Position numbers and translations under genes: made by a program. 64,000 bases of DNA, taken from positions 46,128,001-46,192,000 of the forward strand of contig OZ231126.1 of assembly GCA_965153355.1 (NCBI GenBank), in the 5' to 3' direction. The DNA is from Flaccisagitta enflata. Lineage: Eukaryota. Below the pieces are notes generated by a model, which was given only the letters and a program-made list of their open reading frames with translations, was not told the origin of the DNA and searched no databases. Below, piece after piece: positions 18,587 to 30,625 of the stretch (within the stretch, counting starts at the first letter, position 1; each line of letters opens with the position of its first letter).

Positions 18587-19028
18587 CATAAAAAACGCGC
18601 TTCGTATGTGTCAAGCTAGAAGAGAGGCGAAATGGAAAAGAAGAAAATGAGTTAAAATCGGAAAGAATCTGAACTCTGATTTTGTGTATGATAAAAATGA
18701 TAATTTCTTCCATATTGGATGCAAAAAAGTTCAATCCCTTGCCTATTTAATGTTTTCGTGGCGACTCATATGGACTAGTAATTGCTAATGAATTCGTCTT
18801 ACGATATATGTTTACGTATGCCGTCAAAAAAATTCGACCATTGCTCCGTTGTTACAAATCTCAAATCCGAATTATTTTGCCTTTTGTTATTATATTATGA
18901 AATTAATACATTAACATTGACATGAGTCACTCTAGTTTAAAAACCAATTCCGATGAAACAAGCCTGATCACTATAATGCCAACGAGGCTAAAGTCAGCGA
19001 GAAAGACTAGCCACTGGAAAGCTAAGTA

Positions 19029-19458
19029 CACTCTTTATTTTGAGTAAGGACAAAGTTTATAAGGACATTGAGGCTGAAATTTTGCCAAAAATTAAGGACA
19101 TTTTAAGGACAAAGCCCAGCCTCAGATTTGTAAAAAAAAAAATTTTTGATTCAAAATTTAGATTGTTTTATGCAACTTTTTAAAGAAAATAACCATGTTT
19201 ATAGGAAATAATAGCATTCATTTTTGCTCAATGATATAATATTTTAGTAAGAACAACTACAAAGCAATTATTGTCACATCTAACTTGTATTTACTTATAT
19301 TGAACATCAGTTATTTCAATGCATAAAATATGATTAAAAGAAAATCATAGGAAAATATTAAAGACACGCTAAGAACATTTCAGCCTGAAATTTGCAAAAA
19401 TCTAAGGACATCCCAGCCTCAGAAAAAATTAACTGGTCCTTATTAAAAAAAAAGAGTG
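19029..19458 (+). mobile_element. Tc1/mariner-type MITE (430 bp)
   Basis: TA|CACTCTTT...AAAGAGTG|TA with imperfect TIRs extending to aaggac/gtcctt. A second copy lies inverted at 30864-31289. Confidence 0.8.
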
Positions 19459-20905
19459 TAGATCGTTAGTCTTTTACAGAATTTGATGGCACTCTGCTCT
19501 AGACATTTGCCATCTTCAATCTACTTTACTACCCAAGAATTCATTTCCAGGGTGAAAAGAAAATGAAATTTGAATTTCCCAATTCCGATGGCGAAAAAAA
19601 AAGACCTTCGCGCAATTACCAAAAGCACCAGAAGTTTCAAGATTGTTTGCTTAGCCTTGGAATATTTCAAATGAGGTGAGGGAGCAAGAAATAGAAATCT
19701 TTACGTTGAAAAAAGAAAGCAAGAAAAAAAGAAAAAAAAAGTTTCTTTTTCCGTGACTTGGTTGCGAAATCGTTGGCCAAGTCTCACTCAAGTGTCAAAA
19801 AGTCGAGAGTCGAAAATAAATTCGCCGAATGAGCGAAATGCTTGTTTACATATAAATGATGCTACGTTTTGTCTTTGAAAATGATCATCTCGCTTTCGGT
19901 AACAATTTGTGTCTTCGTTAGTTTCACTTATGACACTACGCTAACTTAGGGCGTGTTTAAACCAGGGTTAGTGAATTAATGGAAAGTATTTGTAACACGG
20001 ATCTCACATGGCTCACAAGGCCAAGGCCCTCTTCCATTTACTTCAGTTTAGTGATTGCGCATTTGCGCTGCTTTGTCGGACCGTTTCTATACAGTCAATA
20101 AAAAAAAGAATTTATTTGAATTACAACAAAATCTTTTTAGACACCCGTGCAAGTACATAGTCGCACAAGATATTTAGCAGTTAAAACTGAAAAAAAATTG
20201 AGATAAGCTAGATTAGGAAAATAAGCTAAAACACTCATAGATGAGCAGCAATGCTAATATACATGTTTTCTTGAATTTGCATGCTCAGACATGCATCAAC
20301 ATACTTCTTTGTTGACAGAACCCTACATAAAATCATGAAAAAAAAATTCAAAAAGTAATAGGCTATATTCTCCCATACACCGATGTCGTTGACACTAGCC
20401 AACGTAAATGAATTGCTGGTGTTAAATTAACCATGTTAAGTAAAATTGCATCTTTTATTGAAATAATGAATTGAAAAGAGAAATAATTGATAAGTAACAT
20501 AGCAAGGAAACAAAGCATCGTAAATCAGAAAGATGGCAGAGACACTGACTGAACAAGAGCAAGACGGCAGAGGAACAAAACCCATATTAAGAGACACACA
20601 ACAAAGATACTAATGAAACTCTGCAGGGAAAGATGGCAAAAGACAAAAATACATTTTAAGGGGAAGACAGCAAAGATACAACGCCCTGTATCAATGCTTT
20701 CACGCTCAAGGAAGAAATCATGATAATAGTGTTTTACTTATCAAAAAACGCTATAATCCTGTTTTCTTTCTCAAGCGTGAAATCACTGTATGACTATGAG
20801 GGAAAGACTGCAGAGGAAAGGAAAGACGGAAGAGGAATATAACCCTGTATGAGGGGAAAATGGCAGAGAGACGAACGCATGGAATGATAAACAGAAGACA
20901 AAATG

Positions 20906-21417
20906 AACAAGTGACGCGGGGTCACAATATCGTTGCGGACGGGTGGGCAGGGGCATCCAACTCCCATCCTTCACACACAAACATACATACATAAAAAGTA
21001 TCTAAAATGCTTCTTTTCCCACTTTTCAACTCTATGACCTCCGACGGAACGATGGACGGACAGACGGACAAAGCCTCTTTTAGAGTTGCGTGTCCGCAAC
21101 TAAAAACAAGTGACGCGGGGTCAAAATATCGTTGTGGAGGGGTGGGCAGGGGCATCCAACCTCCATCGACAACCCAACCCACCTCCATAACTCAAACCTA
21201 CACAAAAAAATATCTGAAACGCTCATTTACCCACTTTTCAACTCGATGACCCCGAACCAATGGACCAACGGATCATCGGAAAAAGCCTCTTATAGAGTAA
21301 CAAGGCCAAGTAGGCCAATAAGGTGGATCGTCATACGAATGCGTTACCCCACAGACCAACCGACCAACCAACCGACGGACACAGCCAGTTATAGAGGTGC
21401 TTTGTCGCACCTAAAAA
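20906..21417 (-). mobile_element. Three head-to-tail HINE family A-related copies
   Basis: Repeated aacaagtgacgcgggg...gggtgggcagggg...aaagcctcttntagagt...gcaactaaaaa units. Confidence 0.65.
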
Positions 21418-23088
21418 GATAAACTCATGGGCTGACCAGTCCTAAAGTACAATAAGAAGAATAAAGTGTCAATAACAACAATATTTATTTTCATCGTCTG
21501 CAAAGTGGACAAAACAGAAACTCGAATAGTACAAAACAAAAGAACATTTCGAGGCGCGAAACTTATCCACGATGGCTCCTGATTTTTCTTGCGTTTCATC
21601 AGCACATCATCTGGCCTCTCTGAATGTAAGCATCTACGACGGAATCTGAGTGAAGAATACAAAATACATTCAAATAACGTTCAAACGGAAATGCCTGCAC
21701 AACGAAATATCGCCTATAAAGAAGTATACATTCAGTCCCCGCAAGGAATTTCTCCTACACTTTTTTCTTTGACTAAGAACCTTGTTTAAAAAAAAATAAG
21801 AACAATCATAAGAACATCGTCAGCCTCTCAACAGTGGGCGACATGCTCACACTGTAATAGTATTCCAGAATCAAGTCATTTCCCTGTACATGTCTATTCG
21901 TGACTCAAGACTCTCAGCTAGTTGAGAGAGAAAAAAATCAAAGTTTGGTATTCTTCTTGTTTGGCTTACCTATTTTCTTCAAGACTATTCCAAAGTCAAA
22001 GCTTTTCCGTAATAAAGCCTCTCAGCTAGTTGAGAGGAAAAAATATTTCAAGTCTTTAGTCTACTTCTTTACCCTACCCATGATGCAAAAAAGTGATCTA
22101 AACAATAAGTTTTTCCCTCTCAGCTAGCTGAGATTCTTGCATCCGCAATTTTGAGCAATCTTTGAGTTCAGCAGTTACGATAGAGGCTTACTGCATTTCC
22201 TTTGATAATATGAACTCTGGGCGAAGAAAAATCAATTGTGACGGGAAAAAAATGTGTTGCGCGCCTTATCTGTTTTGTGCCGAAAGTTCAACTAGGGCTG
22301 TGCTAACGCGGAATGGAGCAATGGACATCGTTGCATTTTGTATCACAGGTAAAAATAATGCACAGGCCTGTGACAGCGTCGTCCGTCAGACCTTTTCTAT
22401 GGTGACAGAATTTTCAAATCGCTGAGACGCAGCGTCTTACTCCGCTATAATGGTCCCAGGGTCATTCGTGGTCCCAGGGTCATTTAATCTATTTTTAACA
22501 AGCAAATAAAAAGTGATTAAAGCAGGAGATCAAAAAGAATGCACGGCCAAAACCAGTCGCGGACGGGTGGGCAGGGGCGGAAATGCGCGTTTTGCGCACT
22601 TTCTCAACTCGATCACCACGGACCGACCGACGGACAGACAAAGCCTCTTATAGAGTCACTAGTCCGCGACTAAATTGAAATTAAACAATGCCCAATACAC
22701 GTTAACACAGTTACGGATGGATGAGTAGGGGCAGTAATGCAAAAAACGCTCGTAATTCAGGAATGTTAGTGACGGACCAACAGACTGACGGTTGGACTGA
22801 CGGACCGACATGGCAAAATGTAGAGTCGAATGTCCGCAACTAAATTCGGAAAAATCGAAGGACGAACTAAAAAGTGAAAGAAAGGAAGAGAGAAAGAAAG
22901 AAAGAAAGAAAAGAAAAAAAGAAAAAAAAAGAAAAAAAAAGAAAACAGAAAGAAAGAAAAAAAGAAAAAAAGAAAGAAAAAAAGAAAAAAAGAAAATAGA
23001 AAGAAAGAAAGAAAGAAAGAAATTTGTTGATCTTTTAATTTCCATTATTGCGGGGTTCAACTGCAGTTATCAATACTAGAATTTGGTG

Positions 23089-23886
23089 AAACAAGGCCAG
23101 ATACACGGCTACCCTAGTTGCGCGTGGGTGGGCAGGAACAGTGCTGAAGAAGGACACCAGGGTATCTGGGCAGGAGCAGTATGAGCAAAAAGCTCAAAAC
23201 ACCAATACAGTAATAGTCGCAAAAGCATTAGATGGTCAGTGGTACCCATGCCCTGCCCTAGTAGGTTATGCGTGAAATTGAAGGGGAAGCAGGGCAGCGG
23301 CCCCAAAGGGGTCGATGACCTATGATTTCACACATATGGGGAATTTTCTCCTTCTCCTCCTCCTCCGTCTGCCCCCCCCCCCCAGCTTCAAGGACCAATT
23401 TCTTGTCCTGAGACCCAAATCCCAGTCCCGTGGCCCAAATCCTATCCAAAAGGCCCAAATCCTAGCCTCAAGGCCCAAATTCTAGCCTGGAGGCCCAAAT
23501 CCCAGCCTTGAGACCCAAATCTTATCCTTGAGGCCGGGATATGAACCTTGAGGCCTAACGGCTGGGGTTTGAGTCTAAAGGATGAGACTTGGGCCTCAAG
23601 GCATGGATTTGGGTCTCCAGGCTAGAATTTGGGCCTTGAGGCTAGGATATGAACCTTTCGGATAGGATTTGGGCCACGGGACTGGGATTTGGGTCTCGGG
23701 ACTAGAATGGTCCTCAAAGCTGGGGGGCAGGTATGGACATAGAAGGAGGAGCAGGAGAAAATTCCCCATATGTGTGAAAGCATAGGTCATCGACCCCTTC
23801 AGGGCTGCAGCCCAAAAAGAGGACAGACCGACCAACCGACGCAGCGACATAGCAGGATATAGAGTCGCATAGCACGCAACTTGAAA
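23089..23886 (-). mobile_element. Composite HINE: family B foldback unit (23211-23818) nested in family A
   Basis: Family A 3' and 5' ends flank a family B unit with inverted arms gggcagcggcccc...cacatatgggga and an internal 20-bp minisatellite. Confidence 0.75.
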
Positions 23887-25009
23887 GAATGATCGAATAG
23901 AAACAAGGCCGGATACACGGCCAATCAGTTGCGGACGGGTGGGCACGGGGCGGAAATGCGCGTTTTCACACTTTCCAACTCAATCATTACGGACGGAGCG
24001 ATGGACGGACAGACCAACGGACAATCAGACGGACAGACAAAGCCTCTTATAGAGTTGCGTGTCCACAACTAAAAAGATCGTTTACTCAGAGCTTGTGTTT
24101 GCCTGGTTGTCTAGTCTTCACTGCCTCACTTATCCACTCTCACCTTGCTACAACTATACTAATTTTTGCCTGAAAAAGGATTTTTGCCTGACACTGGAGG
24201 AAGCAGCAGCAGCAGCGGTTGCGGAGGAAGTGGCTGCAGCAGCAACGGCTGCAATGGAGGCGGAAGCCAATGAGGCGGTGGCAGCGGATTCATTGCCAGA
24301 GAGATGAAGCAAACTCAAAAAGAAACTGAAAGGCGTTGACGAAAGAAGCAACCGCAGTTTTCCAGGATCCACATGCAGGAATGAAAAGTGCGGAGTTACG
24401 CGCTGAGCTTAACTCAATAACAAACACAAGTATGATACCAGTGTAATTAAGTGAGAGATTGAGTAATTAATTGTATGAACCAACCTAACTGATAGTGATA
24501 TTGATGTTTTGACTGTTAACGTTTTGAAGGAATGTGACTACAAGCGCCGACTCGTCTGATGAATATTCTTTGGGCCCAAGACAAGATGGAAATGAACAAG
24601 TGGCTCAAGTGGGGTTCAGTTTTTCAACCAACAAGCGAAAAACCAAGGAACGCTCATTTGAAGCGATTTCATTGCAGGGAATGGAGGAAGGGGAGGAGGA
24701 GGAAGAAGAGGAAGTGTTAATATGTGATTGTTGGGTTCTTTTTTTAGCGTTAGTCTCAAAACCCGTCATCACCCCTATTTGACGCACATGAACCTCATGG
24801 TCTCGTTTCTCAATTTCATGCCGTAATCAAACAAGTAGTCCTAATACTTACCACAATGAGTTTTTGTTGAATAAGAATTTGAAAAAATGAATTGTGCTTG
24901 TTGCTTAACATCTAATAAAGAATTCTGATCAAATGTAATCTATTCTTTGCCTCCTGAAGAAAAAACATTTTTCCATTTTGAATATTTCATTGATAGGCCA
25001 TCTATTCAG

Positions 25010-25298
25010 AGATTAGGTCGCTGAGGCCGGGATTAGGTCGCTAAGGCCGGGATTAGGTCGTTAAGGCCGGGATTAGGTCGCTGAGGCCGGGATTAGGTCG
25101 CTGAGGCCGGGATTAGGTCGCTGAGGCTGGGATTAGGTCGCTGAGGCCGGGATTAGGTCGCTAAGGCCGGGATTAGGTCACTGAGGCCGGGATTAGGTCT
25201 CTGAGGCTGGGATTAGGTTGCTGAGGCTGGGATTAGGTCGCTGAGGCCAGAGTTAGGTTGCTGAGGCCGGGCAAAGTTTGCTGAGGCCTGGATTAGAT
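25010..25298. repeat. 20-bp minisatellite (gggattaggtcgctgaggcc), about 14 units
   Basis: Directly visible. Confidence 0.95.
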
Positions 25299-25699
25299 CA
25301 CCATGTTCGACTGTTAAGTCACAGTGCACGCGAAGGGGCAATTTTCATGGTCAAATCATACTAAAAAAAAATATTGAAGTGATTAATTCACAATTTCATA
25401 TAGAAAAATATTTATGACAGTACGCAATATATATCTTTTTGCATAAAATATCATTTATATGTACAAAGTCAATATGAAACATTAGGAAAAATGAAAGAAA
25501 AATAAATTTTTATTCATTGACTTGTTGAGGGTGAACTTCTTAATATGTATTTGTATGCAAAATTTTGCATTTCTAAACATGGTCCTTCTCTAAAGAAAAA
25601 GGCCATGTTCTTAGACATGCAAATTTTTACATTCAGAGACAGATTAAGAATTTCACGCAGAACGACTTCCTAAATTTGCTGCTTATTTGCACCGCGACT

Positions 25700-25960
25700 T
25701 AAGCGTCACGTTCCCGGGTTGCGCGCCTATTACACGCCATGCGCATCTGTAAGGTATCACGCCTATCTGTAAAGAGTCACGTAGGTCTGTTACACGGCAT
25801 GCGCGTCTGTTACATGTCATGCGCGTCTGTTACGTGTCACGCACGGCTGTTACGCCTCATCCGTGGCTGTTACACCTTACACTCGGCCTTTGCGCGTCAT
25901 GCGCGACTGTTTTGCGTCACACGCAGCTGTTACGCATCACGCGCAGCTATTGCGTCACGG
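25700..25960. repeat. Degenerate ~20-bp CpG-rich minisatellite (cacgcgtctgttacgcgtca-like)
   Basis: Recurring ctgttac..gtcatgcgc motif. Confidence 0.7.
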
Positions 25961-26320
25961 TAATTTCAAATATGTTTTGTTTTTAAACGTTTTATTCCAT
26001 TTTTAATGACTTGTTTTGTTTTTACATGTTGTTAACGAATATTTTCTTTTATATTCACATGTTTTGTTTTTTTGAAGGTTAATTAAATGTTTTGTTATGC
26101 TATTTTATCTTTTGCTATGTTTGCCATCACACGCAATAGAAAACATCCAAAACCGACCCTAATCAATCGTGAACAGAAAAAAAGTCCAGAGACTATCTGG
26201 ACGCGAACTTGTGACCCTTCCAATTGAATGAATTCCACAGCATAATCAGAACTGCAACTTTCTTCTTTCTCAGTCCTGGTCTCATTGTCTCTCTCTTATA
26301 TCTCTCCATGAAAAACATGT

Positions 26321-26414
26321 GCTCCCATGGCTTAGTGGTTAGAGCATCGCGGTGAGAGTCCAAACATTGCGATGCGTTGCAGGTTCGAATCCTGCAGGCA
26401 GCATGCTTTTTTTT
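26321..26414 (+). ncRNA. tRNA-like Pol III unit (tRNA pseudogene or tRNA-derived SINE head) with a non-canonical anticodon arm
   Basis: A box TGGCTTAGTGG, D stem GCTT/GAGC, perfect T arm GCAGG-TTCGAAT-CCTGC (B box), acceptor stem 5/7 paired, T8 terminator at 26407-26414. The anticodon arm is a 9-bp stem with a 10-nt loop, so no isotype can be assigned. Confidence 0.65.
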
Positions 26415-27265
26415 CATCAGGAAACAGATCTTATTGAATTGAAGGTTCGTGGGGGGAACTGAAAAGGGGAAAGTGAATGAGGGTTATGAGGGAGCGCAAA
26501 CGGGGGTTATGAGGGAGTGCAAACGGGGGTAATGAAGGAAGACAATTAGGGGTAAGAAATGATGGGGAAAGAAGGAGAACGGTAAGAAGCAGTTTCTGCC
26601 TACTATAAAAATGGGTTTGTTTATCTTGAAAAATAAACAAAAAAGTAAAATGATCACTCAAAATTCGCCATGAATCTGGAATAGACTCATACATAGAAAA
26701 GACTTGATTCGGGAATAGAACCATAGATCACATATGATAAGAGATAAGCCAAACTAGTAGATAGCCAAAGTTTGAGTTTTTTTCCCTCACAGCTAGCTGA
26801 GAATCTTGAGTCGGGAATAGACTTGTATATGGAAATGACTTGATTCTGGAATACTATTACACTGTGATCATGCCACCCACTGTCAATAGGAAGGATTTCA
26901 AGAACATTTTTTCTGTTTTTGCTCTCAGTTAATGAGGGAACAGCTGTAAAGAAAAAGGATTGTGACTATGTGATTATTATGGTTTGTGATTGATATCTCA
27001 TTTCTCATATCCTTTTAAATAACAATCAGAATTAGACCATTCCTGTATGAGCTGACAATTGGAAAAAAAAATCCTAAAAACAATTTAAGCCTCAAATTGC
27101 TCTGAGAATAACATTGAGCCTAAAAAAAAAATAACATGTTCTTATAAGAAGAAAAGAGTGTATTTCATACGTTGGCTATAAGGATAATTGTCTATACTAA
27201 TAGACTAAAACAAAATATTTTATGGTCTCTTGGAGTTTGTTAGAATGATTCATAACTGAACCGTG

Positions 27266-27585
27266 AATAAGGCCGGATACACGGTAACCCAAGTCGCGTG
27301 CGGTTAGGCAGGGCCGGGGCCTTGATAGAAAAAGGTCACCAGGGCATTTGGGCAGGAGCAGTGAGCTAAAAAACGCCGAAAAAGTAAACAAGGCCATATT
27401 TGAGGTCACTTGATCATTTGGGCAGGAGCCGTGAGGCCAAAGACCGCAAAAAAAAAAAAAACAAAAAGGTAAAGTGTGACAGACCAACGGACCGACAAAG
27501 CGGGGTGTAGAGTCGCGAGCACGTGACTGAAATGGGACCAACCGACCATCTGACCGACGGACAGACAAAGCCGGGTGCAGAGTCG

Positions 27586-27590
<5 letters not shown>
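27266..27590 (-). mobile_element. HINE family A copy with internal duplications
   Basis: aaggccggatacacggtaacccaagtcgcgtgc...tagagtcgcgagcacgtgact. Confidence 0.65.
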
Positions 27591-27684
<94 letters not shown>

Positions 27685-27777
27685 CAAGGCTGACAGACGA
27701 AGACTTTGGACATCACCTCCTGCTCACCCCCACGTGACTGGGATAGCCGCGTATCCAGTAGCCTGTACCTAAATGAC

Positions 27778-28858
27778 AATAGTCGCAAAAGCGTTAGATG
27801 GTCAGCGGTACCCGTTGCCCCTTTGTGAGTATATGTTGTTGTGTGATGGTTAGAGGGGCAGCGGCTTTGTGGGTTTTGAGGCTCTAGGCTTGAATTTGAG
27901 CATCAATTATGGGATTCAAGTGAGCCTCAAGGTTGTGACTTGAGCCTCGAGGTTGTGATTTGAGCCATGATGCTGGAATTTGAGCCTTGAGTCTAGAATT
28001 TGAGCCTCAAGGCTGGGATTTGAGCCAAGTTGCTCGGATTTGTGCCTCGAGGCTGGAATTTTTGCCTCAAGGCTAGGATTTGAGCCTCCGGACTGGGATC
28101 TGTGCCTCCAGGCTTGGGTTTGAGCCTCTAGGCAGAGATTTGTGCCTTAAGGCTGGGGTTTGAGCCTCAAGGCTGGGGTTTGAGCCTCGAGGCTGGGGTT
28201 TGAGCCTTGAGGCTGGGATTTGAACCTCCAGGCTGGGATTTAAGCCTCCAGGCTGGGATTTGAGCCTCCAGGCTGGGATTTGAACCTCCAGGCTAGGATT
28301 TGAGCCTCCAGGCTGGGTTTGAGCCTCCAGGCTGGGATTTGAGCCTCAAAGGGGGGGGGGGACGGACGGAGAAGGAGGAGGAGAAATTGCCCCTATGTGT
28401 GAAAGCATAGCCAAGATGCTGGGATTTGTGTCTTGAGGCTGGGATTTTTGCCTCAAGGCTAGGATTTGAGCCTCAGGTCTGGGATCTGTGCCTCCAGGCT
28501 TGGGTTTGAGCCTCGAGGCAGAGATTTGTGCCTTGAGGCTGGGGTTTGAGCCTCGAGGCTGGGGTTTGAGCCTCGAGGCTGGGGTTTGAGCCTCGAGGCT
28601 GGGGTTTGAGCCTCCAGGCTGGGATTTGAGCCTCCAGGCTGGGATTTGAGCCTCCAGGCTGGGATTTGAGCCTCCAGGTTGGGATTTGAACCTCCAGGCT
28701 AGGATTTGAGCCTCCAGGCCGGGTTTGAGCCTCCAGACCGGGATTTGAGCCTCAAAGGGGGGGACGGACGGAGAAGGAGAAGGAGAAGGAGAAGGAGAAA
28801 TTTCCCCTATGTGTGAAAGCATAGGTCATCGACCACTTCGGGGCCGCTGCCCAAAAAG
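27778..28858 (-). mobile_element. HINE family B copy with an expanded 20-bp minisatellite and an internal tandem duplication
   Basis: aatagtcgcaaaagcgttagatggtcagcggtaccc at one end, (gggatttgagcctccaggct)n inside, and tgtgtgaaagcataggtcatcgacc...ggggccgctgcccaaaaa at the other end. Confidence 0.75.
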
Positions 28859-29848
28859 CAATAAAATTATCATTTTACATGCAGATCATGTTGTGGGACT
28901 GTCTCAGGCTTCTATTGAAATCAATATTGGCTTTGAAATTGTACTTTTAGGTGGCCGTGCCTTACCTTCTACCAGTAATGGCGACTGTCGCCGTGAGGAA
29001 AAAAGTTGTAAGCGTTGTTCACTTTTCACCAAGCTTTTCTCTTCAGTCACTGCAATTCTTTTTATTTGTTAGATCAAATGAAGAACAATTGTATGTACTG
29101 AAAAAAAGGACTAAGCCAAAAGATTAAAATACCCAAAAATTGTTATTTTGATCCTTGAAGTTCTATAAAATCTAAATGCAAAAACATATTGACAAGCCGA
29201 TTGCACCACTGGTTTGTTCCTGAGCAGTACTTTATTTTGCTCATGGATTTTAAGTCTTTTTATAAATTGGAAGTGGCCTAATTTTTCATCCAAAATTGAC
29301 CAATTTGCAAAAAAATCGACTTTTTTGCACCTGCTTCTACAGTCTTTAAAATTTTTGGGGGGGAATATCGATCAAAATTTTTTTTACCATCTGCTAGAAC
29401 AGGAAAACTCATCAATTTGATCACCAATTTTATGCCGAAATATTGAAATTTGTGGAAAATGTCAAATTTGTCATTGTAATTGAAGCCACAATTTTCCCTT
29501 CAAACCCTTTCATCTTTGAAATACTCTCAAATCTAAACGAAAAATGATAGAAACATGCGGATTGCACCACTAGTGAGATCTTGAGCTCTAGTTTTATAAT
29601 CTCATGGATTTTAGGTTTGATTTCTAAGGCTAAGTGGCCCAATTTGGCGGCCAAAATGACCTAATTTTGACATTTTTACCACAACCACCATCAAGTTATG
29701 ATCAAAATATCAAATCTGGCACCTCTAAATCCCGGAGAAAAGTCATACAGCGAGTAGTTTTCAACAGTATAGACAAAGTCTGTTTAGAAAAGCTGCAGGC
29801 TGGGGTGTTCAATTGATTTGATGCAAAAACCGTTGGCCCTACCCTATA

Positions 29849-30437
29849 ACACCTGTCCCACAATTATTGTCAAGGCAGTGTTACAACTGTAGATACTCCA
29901 TTACTGCTTGTGAAAAACACTCTAAATTCTTAATATTGGATATCAGTAAAGTTTTTTTTTGGTATATTCCATTTGAATTTCCTTGTTTTATCCCAATTTG
30001 GTTGCTTATTCTCAATTCTATCACTTCTTGACCATTAGCTAGCAACACCTAAGTATCAATTTTTCCTTAACTTTGGTTTGAATTTTGAAAACCTGTTTGT
30101 CAAAGAATTCAGTTAAAATCTATGGACAAATTAAAAAAAATGTTCATAAGTTTATTTTAGTCGCAAAATCTGCATCTCATTATCTTTCTTTATATAGATT
30201 TGGTAGACATTTGAAGATGACAAAGGTTTCCTGGTAATTTTGCAGTAATTTGCATGGGGAAGCCTTTTACTGTTTTTCATCTTATTCTTTTTAGCATGTA
30301 GTAATTTTGGTAAAATTCATGAGCAAAATAAAAAGTTTTTAAAGCTCTAACTAGTGGAAAAATTTGCATTTAGTTGATTATCTCCGTTTAGATTTGACAG
30401 CTGTTTGATCTTTTGACAATAATTGTGGGACAGGTGT
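29849..30437. mobile_element. MITE (589 bp) with a perfect 25-bp TIR and TA TSD
   Basis: TA|ACACCTGTCCCACAATTATTGTCAA...TTGACAATAATTGTGGGACAGGTGT|TA. Confidence 0.85.
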
Positions 30438-30625
30438 TAGGAAATCCAAAATTTCAAAATACTCAAATCTTAATACTGTCTGCAGATTTGGAATCTGCAG
30501 AAAAAACTGACACATGAAAGTGTTTTCTTTTTTTTTTAATTCCAATTAGAAGGTGGTCAAAAGTGCTGTCAAATATAGCAAAACTTACCTTTCCTTTTAA
30601 TTTCTTTGTAAAATCGTTGAACATA

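Larger units (their letters stand above)
21832..26882. mobile_element. 5.05-kb DNA transposon relic with long TIRs and a 4-bp TSD (TCAA)
   Basis: The left end cagtgggcgacatgctcacactgtaatagtattccagaatcaagtcatttcc... is inverted at the right end ...ggaaatgacttgattctggaatactattacactgtgatcatgccacccactg, with similarity over about 140 bp. TCAA at 21828-21831 and 26883-26886. No intact transposase ORF. Confidence 0.8.
21758..27160. mobile_element. Tc1/mariner-type MITE split by a nested 5-kb insertion (halves about 21758-21831 and 26887-27160)
   Basis: TA|CACTTTTTTCTTTGACTAAGAAC...GTTCTTATAAGAAGAAAAGAGTG|TA. The termini are related to the 19029 family. Confidence 0.6.

Noticed and set aside
18710..18718. 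CArG (SRF) box near the CRE cluster
   Set aside because: CCATATTGG has only five A/T bases, whereas the consensus needs six.
25010..25298. Regular short repeats resembling a CRISPR array (also 3935-4815 and 27900-28750)
   Set aside because: The repeats are contiguous with no unique spacers, there are no cas genes, and the context is eukaryotic. These are minisatellites.
26321..26403. Functional tRNA gene
   Set aside because: There is no canonical 5-bp stem and 7-nt anticodon loop, and the acceptor stem has mismatches. It is kept only as tRNA-like.
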